From Hypanus sabinus (taxonomy: Eukaryota), in contig NC_082722.1 in NCBI RefSeq assembly GCF_030144855.1, positions 57,412,001 through 57,476,000 on the forward strand: a DNA stretch of 64,000 nt. Reading direction: 5' to 3'. The translations under genes and the position numbers were made by a program. Position 1 is the stretch's first letter, and every line of letters begins with the position of its first letter. This document shows positions 38,540 through 51,200 of the stretch, piece by piece. The notes beneath the pieces were generated by a model. That model saw only the letters and a list, made by a program, of their open reading frames with translations, had not been told where the DNA came from and did not search any database.

Positions 38540-39220
38540 CCTTGTCACTGAAGTCCCGAATTCAACGGAACTGCGGAAACCTTCAACAGAAAGACCGCTG
38601 AGGTTCACCGCCGTCTTTCCACTGGCAATAGACAGCAGGAAATAAACACGCCCGCGTTCTAACAGCAGCACGATGGATTCTTCCCCTCATATTGCCATCC
38701 CAATGCGTCACATGCCCTGCGCACTCCGGGGTGCAGTGTCATTCAGAAAATCCATGACTTCCAGACACTGATCATCCCTTGCAGCGATATTGCCAGGCCG
38801 GTGATTCTCGATCCCGAGGGGCTGCCCCCCGCGGCCCGCACGGGAGGAACCAGCACCGGGACGGTCCCCCGCTCCCCAGCCGGCCGATAGCTCCGCCCGC
38901 CGGCTGCCCGGCCACTTCCTCCCGCACCGCCCCATCCGCTCCTGCTCAGCTTGTGCCAAGATGGCGTGGAGGTGCGTGTCCAAGTTGCGAGCGGCGGCTT
39001 CTCTCTGCCTGCACTCGGCGTACGGGACGGTGCGAGTCGCCGGACAGCCCCGGAGCCTGAGCACGGGAGCGGCTCTTCTGTCCGGTGCGTCTCCCCTCTT
39101 GCAGATCTGCGGGGGGGAGGAGGGGAGCGAGGCTAGGTGTGGGGAAGGGGGGCAACAAACGGTAAGTTAGCGGACCGAGGAAAGTCAGCGCTGTCAGCCA
39201 GGACGCCACTTAACGCGATG
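38540..39220 (+). promoter_or_regulatory. CpG-island promoter of GCSH
   Basis: Sharp rise in GC and CpG content against an AT-rich background; ETS/GABP-like CACTTCCT near 38913; GC-box-like CCGCCC; YY1-like CAAGATGGCG overlapping the ATG. Confidence 0.85.
38961..39084 (+). CDS. GCSH: GCSH exon 1 (mitochondrial transit peptide [15 protein letters not shown]...[11 protein letters not shown])
   Basis: Strong Kozak AAGATGG, CCG|gtgcgt donor, phase 1. Confidence 0.9.
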
Positions 39221-42200
39221 GTATTTAAAAGCTCAACCAGAAGATATATTATTGTTTGCAAAAGTTTGGGCCTGGACTCAGTATATTTAATGGTTTCCTT
39301 ATGTGGGTGATATTTTCCAAATTAGGGTTGGCGGGTGATGAGGATTAAAGTGAAAAGCCAAGTAATGAGTCCGGTCTCTTGTTAGCCAAGTTGTACGCTG
39401 TTTGCTGCATCTTTGGAAAGAGGGGTTGAAAGTACTAATCTTAATATTTTTTAAACTTGCCATGTCATCGAAGAAAACGTTGATTTTAAAAAAAATTAAA
39501 TACGTTGGGGACATTTGGGGGTACGTTGAAAGGTGATTGTTAATCGCAGAGTTTCTTTGAAAATTGCCTTCTAGTCTTGGTGTCTAATGCAATGTGGAAG
39601 CCTCCAAAGCCGTTCATACTTTCAGTAGAAACTAGCTTAACACGTTTCGTGATTGTTGAGGACTTCAAAGTTGGATATAAAAACACAAGGACATTTATTA
39701 ATTAGTTTTCAGACAATTCTGTCCAAATCGTTGAAAATCTTAGCCCATCAAAAGCTCTAAATAAACATGGATTTACATTTTACTAAGATGAGAACTAGTT
39801 AAAAAAACTTACCAATCCGTAATTGACCGCAGAGTAAAGTTTCAAAAGCGGATTAAATGAACCGGACGCTTCCATAATTGACCAGGAAAGCATTTGTTCT
39901 GCACAAGAAATTGATGCAGAATATTATAGTGAGATGGGTTATATAATATTACAAACCTATTGATCACATTGAGATGTGAATGATTTTTATTAATGCATGA
40001 TGCAATCCACAATCAACCAAATTGCTAGATTTTCTTGCACAAATAGGTAAATATCGCGTTTAATTCATCTAAGCAATGACCTTTCCTTTGAATTAATATT
40101 TGCTATTAATAGCACAAATGGTTATGGAATGCTGTTATAATTTGTTGCTGGAATTATGCTAATAATATACAGTACAGTCGTGTTCATGAAAATAAAAGCA
40201 GTAACTGGCAAATTTGAGGGAAATTGTTGAAAGCCACAAGCTTGTGGAAAGGGGAAGTTTTTTTTAGCAAGTTGATCTCCAGCCTGATTGGAGGTTGGTT
40301 TTGGAAGTAATTTACAATTATTTGCTGAATGGACAACTTTTGGTAGAGTATTTGATCAGCTGTATTCATTTGTGTAAGTAACCAAAATACAAAAGATAAA
40401 TGATTTGGTGGATAATCACAAACTCGTGGATTTGTTGCATCATTACCAACTTTGATCATTTTACCCCATTTAATTGAGCAACTTCACTCTCAACCAGCTT
40501 TGCAATAGTTTCCTGTAACTCCCTGCAGCTCCAAAATCTTGAGTTTATGCTAAACCACTGGTTTGAAAACATATAAGAGCAGAGAGTACACACAGGAGAC
40601 TGCAGATGCTGGAATCTGGGGAAACATAATAAACCATTCAGAAAACTGGGTCAAGCAGCATCCGTGGAGGTAAAGGGATTGTCAATGGTTTGGATTGAGA
40701 TCCTGCGCCATGACGAAGAGAGTAGAGGGGAGATATAAAGCAGTGAGAGGGAGGAGTAAGGCAGGGACTATGAGGCAGTCACTGAAAGCAGAGGAGGGGG
40801 AGGGTGGGCAGGCAGATGGAGCCAAGAATGAGTCTAGGAAGGAGAGGTGGAGTTGCAAGTTTTTTACCCACTGAGTTCCTTTAGCAGTGCCCCCCCTCGC
40901 AGAGTACAGCATTTACAGTCTCTTGATTTTCAATATTTATCTTGGTCTTTTAAAAATATATATTTGAAATATAAACTTTGCTTCCCATATTACAATGAAA
41001 ACTGTCTAGTGGTGTTAGTATTAATGGTAATGCTGTTTAACTGGAAATAATGAAATTCTAATGTGATGGGCTGACTTGGCAATTCACTTTATGTGGATAT
41101 AGACATTTATAATAGGGGGTTGGGGAACAGTGCAGGAAATATTTACCAATGTAAGATTTACAAAATGTTTTATACATAAGCATATATATGTTTGCATTCT
41201 TTAGTGCAATCTTAGATACTAATGGGGTCTTAGTATTTTGTCTTGGATCAAAATACTTCCGCATGGCAGCCCCTCCCTTGCCATGCACCAATCCTTCAAG
41301 CAAGGAACCAGTAGTGCAGTGCAGTCGCCATTGTAATGTTGGAAATAAAGAGGCTATTTTGTGCAGAGCAAGCTCCCACCAAGATATTGTGATAGTGACT
41401 AGATAATCTGGCTGTGGAATGTTAATGACCATGGTACTTAGGATGCAGGACACCAGTCAGTATGCTAATTTCCTGATGAAGGGTCTCAACCCAAAATGTC
41501 AACTGCTTACTCTTTTTCATAGATGCTGCCTGGCCTGCTGAGTTCCTCCATCATTTTACGTGTGATGCTAATTTATGTTGTATTTAATGCATGTACAGCT
41601 GAGACCATTCAAAGTAAATTCATTATCAAAATACATATTCAATCTGATATTCATCAGAATCTCGGGTGAAAATGTTGACTACAGTATTTATTCCTTTCCG
41701 TAAATGCTGCCTGACCTGTAGAATTCCTCCAGCATTGTGTGTGTGTGTTACTTTGGATTTCCCACATCTGCAGAATCTCTTGTGTTTATGAAAAGTGTAT
41801 CGGTTAGATAATGTGCTATAGAGGTTATTTTCGAATAGTTTTGACTTATTTGAAGGAAATTGAAGGATAGAATACTAACATGCGAGTAACCAGACTGAGC
41901 AAGGAATGCTGAATTGATAACTGGCAGGGACCAGGCATTTACTTTGTTATTTCTGAACAATTCTACCTGGGGGCCAGATCCTGAGTGTCACTGCTCTTAG
42001 AGGAAGATGCATTCAAGTGAATAAAACCAAATCCTGAGAATAGTTTGGTGGAAAGTTCTCACTTAAAGTCCTTCAATGTGATACCTCTGATTCTAAATAG
42101 ATAAAGGAGCCAATATGAACTATTGACAAGGGCTTTTTATATTATTTTGTGTTGTTGGTAGGGTGAGAAATTAACTTGGATTTTTACTTTTGAGTAACAG

Positions 42201-45200
42201 TATATGCAGTCATTTCTTGTGTAGCCTTTTTGGTGTAGACTTCTACTAAATGGGAACAGTGAAAGTAAGAGGCCATCGCTTGCTACTATTTTCTTTAGAC
42301 AAATAGGGCTCCTGGCTGATGGGTCTTTGTGAGAAATCCTACAGACTGGAAAATTGTAAGGATGTAGAAGATGCAGAGAATCATCACCAGGATGCCGCCT
42401 GGATCCCAGAACATGCCACATGAGGAAAGGCTAAGTGAGCTAGGGCTTTTCTCTTTGGACTGAAGGAGGAAGGAGAGACAAATTAATTGAAGTGTGTAAG
42501 AATATAGGAGGTATGGATGGAGTGGGCAGTGAATGCCTTTGCCCCAGAGTGGCATTGGCCAATTCTGAAGGATATCAGTTAAGGTGAGTGTAGGAAAGTT
42601 TAGGGAGATATCAGAGGTCTGTTTTTTTTAAAACAGTTTTTAAATGCCTGGAATGCACTGAGGGGTGGTGGTAGAGACTGATTCTAGAGGGACATACAAG
42701 AGAATCAGTTTAGTAGATGGATGTTGAAAATACCGGGAGTTATGGGTTGTGTAGTAGGAAGGGATTTGACTGATCACGGACTAGGTGAGCACAACGGAGT
42801 GGGCAGAAGGGCCTGTACTGCGCTGTACAGTGTCATGAATAGTGACTCTTTTATAATGTCATTGCTCAAGATGGAGGGAAAGATAAAGTGGGAACCAGTT
42901 AGTGTATCATTAGGTGAAAAAAAAACTGAATCCATTACGAAGAAGGTAATAGTACAGCATTTACAATGTTCAATTGTTTTATGATAGAGTCGGTGTGGTT
43001 TTATGAAAGGAAAATGATCAGATTTGCTGATGTTGCAGAGATGGCGGATTAGCAAGTTATGAAGAAAAATTGGAGCCTGCACAGCTAGCTGCATAGAGAT
43101 ATGCTTAGGTTTAGAATTGAAATCAGATTTATTATCACTGACTTGCATCGTGACATATGTCTTGAATCATGTCGATGGTATTCTCAAGGGCGAGGGTGGG
43201 CAGTCAGATGTCTTGGTACATATTGGCACCAATGACCTAGGAAGACAAGGTGAGGAGGTCCTAAAGAGAGATTTTAGGGGGCTAAGTAGAAAGTTGAGAA
43301 ACAGGACCTCCAGGGTAATAACCTCTGGATTACTGTCTATGCCGCGTGCCAGTGAGGGCAAGAATAGGATGATTTGGCAGGTGAATGCATGACTGAGGAA
43401 TTGGTGCAGGGGCAGGAGTTTAGATTTCTGGATCATTGGGGCTTCTGGGGAAGGTATGACCTGTACAAAAGGGACGGGTTACATCTGAAGATGGAAGTGG
43501 GAGTGATAGCGCTGAAGCTGAAATAGTTGGTTTACAAATCAGAGGCAGTGTCTAGTGAGGCTCCTAGCAAGAAGAGGCTGATGATGGGACGAAATTGCAG
43601 TCAACAGGATGAGTTGCAACATAAAAAGTGGACAAAATCGAAAAGGCTGAATACAGGACTGAAGTGTTAAATTTGAATGTGCATAGTTTACTGAGTCAGG
43701 CAGATAAACTTGTTGCAGATTGCATGATATATAGGCATTGCTGAATCATGGTTGAAAGATTAGTAGAATGGGCAAAGAAGTGGCAGATGGAATAGTGTTG
43801 GGAAGTTTATGGTTATGCACTTTGAGGGAAGAAATGAAAGGGTTGACTATTTTCTAAATGGAGAGAAAACAAAAAAAAAAATCTGAGGCACAGAGGGATT
43901 TGGAAGTCCTTGTGCAGGCTTCCCTAAAAGTTATTTGCAGGTTGAGTCTGTGGTGAGGAAGGCAAACGTGATGTTAGCATTCATTTCAAGAGGACTAGAA
44001 TATAAAAGGAAGGATGTCATGTTGAGATTTTATAAAGCTCTGGTGAGGCCTCACTTGGAGTATTGTGAGCAGTTTGGGGCCCCTTATTTCAGAAAGGATG
44101 TGCTGAAACTGGAGAGGATTCAAAGAAGGTTCACGAAAATGATTCCAAGGTTAAATGGCTTGTCATATGAGGGGCATTTGATTGCTTTCTGCCTGTATTC
44201 ACTGGAATTCAGAGGAATTAGGGGTGGCCTCATTGAAATCTATAGAATGGTGAAAGGTCTTGGTAGAGTGGATGTGGAGAGGGTGGTGGGAGAGTCTAAG
44301 ACCAGAAGGCACAGCCTCAGAACAGAGATGAGTGATTTCTTTAGCCAGAGAGTGGTGAATCTGTGGAATTCGTTGCCACAGGCAGCTGTGGAGGCCAAGT
44401 CTTCATGTATATTTAAGGCAGAGGTTGATAAATGCTTGATTGGTCAGGGCATGAAGTGATGTGGGGGGTTATGACAGGCGATTGGGGCTGAGAGGAAAAA
44501 TGGATCAGCCATGATGAAATGGTGGAGCAGACTCAATGGGCTAAATGGTCTAATTCTGTTCCTGTATCTTAAGATGATCTTTATTGTTTTTGTGGCAGCA
44601 GTACAGTGTAATACATTTAAAAAATTACTAAGTTATAATAGGAACTATATACATAAATAATGCAAAATGTGACATAGTCCATAGACATGGTCCATTCCAA
44701 AATCTGATGGGATTTAAATGTGAGTATTTGGCAAATGGGACACAAAGAATGAAAATGCGGGTTGGAGAATAATAATTAGTTTTCTTTCATTTAAATGCAG
44801 TGAGACTACAAAGTATGGTAGTCGAAGGGATCTGGGAATTCTAATACATGAAACACAAAAGGCTGTCTTGCTAGTCCAGCACGTTGGCCTGTCTTCTAAG
44901 AGATGTGGAAGGATGGTTTGATCTGATTTTAAAGGGTTCCCTGAGAGCACAGCTGGAGTACTGCAGACAATTATGGGCTCCGTATTTATGCATCAGAGGC
45001 AGAACAGAGAATGTTCGTTAGGTTTGATTGTTGGGATGGAGGGCTTGATATATTAAGGGGGATTGAGCTGTTTTAGCCTATACTCATTAGAGTTTGGAAG
45101 AATAAGATGTTAAGCATTTAGTATTTTGATGGAGCTGGACAGAGAGGATGCTGAGAGAATATTTGCCATGCGTGTTACTTAGAACTAGGGGTTGTGGTTT

Positions 45201-48200
45201 CAGAGTAAGTACTTGCATGGAGGATTGTGGGTTTAAGGAAAATTCTAACTTAAAAGCTATGGGGATGAGTCATTTAGGTGGGGCAGACAGGTAGTTGAAC
45301 TACAGAGGATAGGGTGGAGAAGTGTGAATGTTGCCTGAAGGTCCTTTATCAATTCATACAGGATCCTATTGAAAGACAGAGCAAATGTGAAGATCTGGTT
45401 CTGCTTGTGTTTACCTGCATAAAGAAGAAGCTGTGCCAGAGTAGGTTGGAAGGCTACTTCCTATTGTGAGCAAATACAATCTTTTGATGACAATTTATTT
45501 TTAAAGAGGCAGCTGGAAAGACCAGCATCAATTGGATTGCTAACTAGACAATTAAAATTGAAAGGCTCCATTTCAATTCTTGCAGGCAAATTCACTGTTA
45601 ACATTCAGCCTGCTTGGCTTAAATAGTTTGATTTTTCACCGACATCCTTATTTATTTATTTATTTATTGAGATCCAGCAGGGAATCGATCCTTTGAGCCA
45701 CTACCCCCACAGCAATCCCCCGATTAAACTCGAGCCTAATCATGGGACAGTTTAAAATGCCCGATTAACCTACTAACCAGCATGTCTGTGGACTGTGGGA
45801 AGAACCCAGAGTACTCAGCGGAAACTCTTCAATCACGGGGAGAACATACAAGGAGTTTTCCTTACAGGCAGTGGCAGGAATTTGTTGGGCTCTTCATTTT
45901 TTTAATCAGATAATTCAAAAGCAACAAAAAACTGGAATTATCCCAGGAGTACTTTTAACCAACTAATCTGTACAGAACCAACTGTCATGCTGGAGGTGAA
46001 AGAGAAAGCTTAGATATGAACCAGTATTGGAAGTAGATTTCTCATTCAGCACTTCATAGCGTCAATAAATGTCATTTTGATATGCTTTGTAATCTCTGAA
46101 TGACGATCTTTAGATTTAAAAAGAAAGTTGTTTTATTCTATGTTGGCTGATTATGTAAAAATATACCATTCCAGCTCGCAAGTTTACAGACAAACATGAG
46201 TGGGTAACAGTGGAAAATGGGATTGGTACAGTGGGCATTAGCAAGTATGCTCAGGTGGGTAATTTTTAATTTTATTATTCAGAACAATTCTTAGTGTATG
46301 ACCCCTAATCATTATTGGACTTGGGCCATTGCTCAATTTAATGTTGCAGAATCAGCTTATCCTAATCAATTTTCAGTTATCTCTGGGAACAAGGTTCACT
46401 TAAGTATTAGTACTTCAGGTTTTGTGACTCCTTTGTGCCAAGTTAGTGTAATTTGCCATCGTGTGTATAAGTTTTATTGATATAAGTATGGACATACACA
46501 GAATAGATAATTTCACATAGGTATGTTCACAGTGCAAACTTGTTGAAAAATAACAGTGAATTGTTAATCTATAAATTGTAAAATATTGAGACCTTATGGT
46601 TGATTAAAATGTGATTTTTTTTAAAACATAGAAATAGTTTGGTGCTTAATATTGAATCTGTTTGGGCAGTGCCGATAGTACCACTGAGCTTCAATCAAAT
46701 GACCTTGAGCAGAAGAATTTACATCTTCAGCTTAATTATTGGACAAGTTACGGGGGAGTTGGATGGAAAAGTATTCCTCAATGAGTAGTGGTTACAGAGC
46801 AATGGGGATCTTGAACACAACATGAATGGGAGGCAGACAGCCCCATTACATTTAAATTGTACCTGGATGGTCACTTAAAGAACTATAACCTGTAAAGCTG
46901 TGGACCAAGAGCTGGAAAATAAGATTACCTCAATTCACCCCATTTCAGTTAGTACAGATGTGATGGGGCAAATAACCGTGTTTCATAAATCCATGACTCA
47001 GTGATTGAATTGCTATTTGAAGGGGCAAAATGGGGTAGGGCTGTGGATTTGCTTTTGGCTTTATTACTCACTAAAAGCACAGTGGAATACTTTTTAAAAA
47101 AAGCTGAATAATGTGTCTGAAGTGGTGAAAGATGTGTTCAGCTGTAATACTCAAACTGGACATTAAAATGGTTGAAAGCATGGATCTGGATCTAAATTTC
47201 TCATTTAGATTGTGTGCCAGAGTAAGTAGTTGTTTTCAAAACGAAGTGAATACTTTTAGCGAAAAATCTGAAGATCATGTTGTGGAAACAAGGAAGAACA
47301 ATAGTTGAAGCAATGTTTGAACAATAATTGAAGCACATGATGACCACTTGGTTCATAAAGTTTATTCATGCAAGGCCCACACTTTTCAGTGCTGGCAGTC
47401 AGCTGATATTTTTTGCTTAAGTGCCAGGAACCTTGGTATTTTGTGCAGGAATGTCCCCAAGCTTGCCAGTAGCTGTTTTGTCATTTTCTTTTTATCCTGC
47501 CCCATGCTGGATTTGGGAATTCTTCTCCACTAGCCTCAGTGAAAGTGAACAGCTATGAGGGACTAAAGTCCATGGTAGGATTTTATTGACTCTTCAAAGT
47601 AAAATACTAAAGGTTCATGTGCTATAATATAACTTCTGATAACGTAGAAAAACCTTTGTTTTAAGTTTTGTTTGGAATTACTGCACGCTACAAGGTTGTT
47701 CGGTTGAGCAGAGTCTGGCAGCTCAACGTGACTTCTTTTAATGTGTCACTACAGGTCAGTACTGAACAAGCGTGGGAGCCTTGCTGCTAGCAACAAAATT
47801 TGGGCCACTATTACTTCCCTTTTGTGTTCATTTTTCTTGAAAATTGAAAAAAAGTACTTCATTATTGCTCATTATGCTTTGTATTATATGTGGATACATA
47901 TTTAAATGAATTTCACTAAAATCGGGGAAGCCCTGATTTGGCGGGGGCGGTGGGGGGGGATTCATTGAAACATCATCTGTTGAATCTCTTGGCCAGTTTG
48001 AAAACTTTTAATTGCGTGTCACTGAACCATTGAATGTTCCCAAGTGTAGGATAGATTTTTTCTTATAGTATGACTTTTTGACCACCATGCTTTGTTCACA
48101 AAATTAGATGTTTATAATTAGAAGTAGATTTATGATTTCTCCCAGTTGCAGATTTACACAAGGTTGGTGAATCTGCATGAGCCCTCTCTTGCACCTATAA

Positions 48201-51200
48201 AGTGCTCATCCATATTAACCTTTTCATTCTCTCATCTATCCCATGAGCCTGATGCTATAACCCTGTACAATCATCTTTTACCCCTTGTGTCACCTCTGAG
48301 TTCATTACATGGATGGGATTAACTCTGCACTCTCTTGACCCCAATTGTACTGAACTGTTGACCACCCAGTTTGCCTTCCTGGCTCCCATCTCAGCTGACA
48401 CTGCAAGGACCCATATACCCTCCACCTTTCTAAAACACAAAGATCACCCCTCATCTTAACACCAATTCCTTGATATTTTTAGCCTCTAACCTCTGCTTCC
48501 ACCTTCAGTTTCTCTGAAATCCGTGATCCAGTTTGCCTCCCACGCTTCTTGCACTTCCATTTCTGAAGCCCTTGGCAACGTCATCAACAACAACTTCCTC
48601 TGCTCTTGCTTGGTAGAGCGTCTCAAGGTGCCAGGTGGCTTGTGTGGCTTGCTAACATCCGGCTTTGTTTGCTTCTAGCTGAATATTGGGAAGTTGAAAA
48701 ACAAATTCTTAAATTCTTGCCACAAATGTAGTTCCCTTCAATTGACTACACTGTCTTCTGTGGTCACTATTTCTGGATGGATCAGACTTTGCAAGCTTGA
48801 CCTTCACTGAAGCATCCAATGTGATGTTATCTTTATCATTAAGACTATGCTTGCTCTTCTAACACCAACCATTCCTCCATTACTTCGATGAAATTTTTAT
48901 CCCTATATGACCTTTCTGGAACCTAGACCCTCTTGACGACTAATAACTAAGCTCTTTAAAAATGGCAAATGCAGTTCTTTTAAAATTCTGCTGTCCCACC
49001 CCAAGCTGTCACCAAATATAGCTCAGTCATTATACCAGGTCATCCATTGTTGCCTGAATTTAACTTTTTTCTTCCTCCTGTTTAATTTTCTTCTGCTAAT
49101 GGTGTTGGGATAGTTCTATCAAGTTTATTAATATTTCTGTTAAGATGTTTATTAAAGATGCTACCATTATAACTGGAGGTATGAGGATTTATTTACGTTG
49201 GTTAAAACTTTTGTGAAGATACAGGAATTTAATTTTTTTTAGCTGAAAGTTTGTAAGCTAAGGATCTTGGTGGACAGTAATTTGGACTGTTTTTGCTTTT
49301 AGGAAGCATTAGGAGATGTTGTATATTGTGGTTTGCCAGAAATTGGCACAAAATTGAACCAACTGGGTGAGTACTGATTTATTTAACACTTTCTTAAGCT
49401 TATTACCTGGAGAAAAAAAAAATCTTTATAACAAGACTGAGTTTGTGTAAGTCAAATCCAAGCAGGATACTACAGCTAGTCAAAGTGGACAACGACTTCC
49501 CAATCGCTGACTGAGGAGCAGCATTGGGAAACTCCTCTTTATTGTTTTGTTCTTGATAGAACAAGGCAGCTTTGGACAGAGAGATACTGAAAAACACAAT
49601 AAGGAATAAGTCATTGAAAGTAAATTGGTCTACTAAATCTATCAAGTAATTGCAGAGTAATTCTATATTGGCTCCAGATTTAGCAGTCTTGATTTTAATA
49701 TTTCCAGGTTTTTAATTTAAATCCTTAGATGGCCTATCCTACCTTTCTTCTCTTTCTAATCACGTTCTGCACTAAGAGGTCTAAGGCACTATCGATGTTT
49801 TTCGCCTGGCCCCTTTACTTTCCCAGTTACAGCTTCTGTTGCCCAGGTCCTCATACTGGAAATCTTCTCCAAGCCTCACCGTGCTTCTAAGTGTTTCTTC
49901 CTTTTAAGACATTATTTTAATTTACTCCTCGTGTAAGTTAACCCGGTGTACTTTTTGATTAGGCTCACATAAAGCAGCCAGGGATGTTTATATTAATGGT
50001 AAATGCAATTTTTATATATGATGTGAACTTGCAGAGCTGTCAGTAGAGGAGTGAACTGATGAACATGTTTGCACTTGCTTGGAGCAAGCTGCTATGTTGA
50101 TGTAAATTGTGCATAATGTACTAATTTGTTTTCCTTCAACAGACAACAAAGGAAATGTAAGTGGCTTTATGCAAGTCCCCTCTGACAGCAATTGAGCATG
50201 GTACCTATACAGAATATCCATTGAATCAATATGTCTTTATTGTACAAATGAGGAAAGGAGCTTATGCATACATACGTTAGAGTCATGAAGTGTTACAACG
50301 TGGAAACAGGTCCATTGGACTATGCCAGACAACGAGAACCCATCCTTACCAAATCCATTTTCCAGCACTTGGCCAGTAGCTTTTTATGCCATAGAATTCC
50401 AGCTGTTACCTACAGTGCTGATCCCTGCTTCCATTAACTCCTCAAGATTTCAGCCAGCCTTGAGGGTGGGGGGGGGGGGGGGGTGGGAAGAGGAGGAAAC
50501 CTTCAAATTCCCTACTACTTAGCTTAAACCTATGACCTGTTGCCAAAGGAATTTATGCTAAACAGAACTGTTTTTCACTATCTGCCTTTCTCTACCTCTC
50601 ATAATTTCAAATCTCTGAATTGGAATTTAAGGGGCTGTAGCAGCCTTGTGCTATTTCCTGGCTTCCTTTAATCTGAATGAGAGCTTCAGCACAGCTTCCA
50701 GCAGCTCCAAATAAGCATAAGTGTATACCGAACTTAGTGAAAAGTTATTGCCAGCCATGTTCAACGCATATATTAATAAATGAACATTGAAGTTTTTTAG
50801 TGATAAGTTCTTCAAATTACATCAAATGTTTTCAGAGTATTATTGTCAGTACTAGCAATATATATTGTGTTGGTATTTCTTTAAACATTTTTTTTCCTCA
50901 GATGAGTTTGGTGCCCTGGAAAGTGTGAAAGCTGCTAGTGAACTATATTCACCTCTTACTGGAGAAGTAACTGATATAAATAAGGCTTTAGCTGACAATC
51001 CAGGACTAGTCAATAAATCTTGTTATGGAGAAGGTATGTGAACTGTTAACAAAAAGCTTTCAGCTGCTAAAGAGTTTAAGGTTTTTATTTTGTCTATACT
51101 ACTTTGTGACTTCTGAACAGAAGTGGTAGAAAGGCCAACTGTAAATGTTTTTACTGGGTGGGATGTGGGCAATATATTTTGTTCGGTGTTGTAATTAGTA

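Noticed and set aside
38708-39209. Several overlapping ORFs in the CpG island, possible divergent gene
   Set aside because: Stop-poor GC-rich DNA; only the ATG at 38961 links by splicing to a recognisable protein
41058-42555. Minus-strand ORFs in GCSH intron 1 as a nested gene
   Set aside because: They overlap Deu-SINE and CR1 fragments; no consistent exon structure or known motif
50463-50487. Poly-G run, potential G-quadruplex (also 47940-47959, 59663-59684)
   Set aside because: Homopolymer expansions inside decayed repeats; no evidence of function
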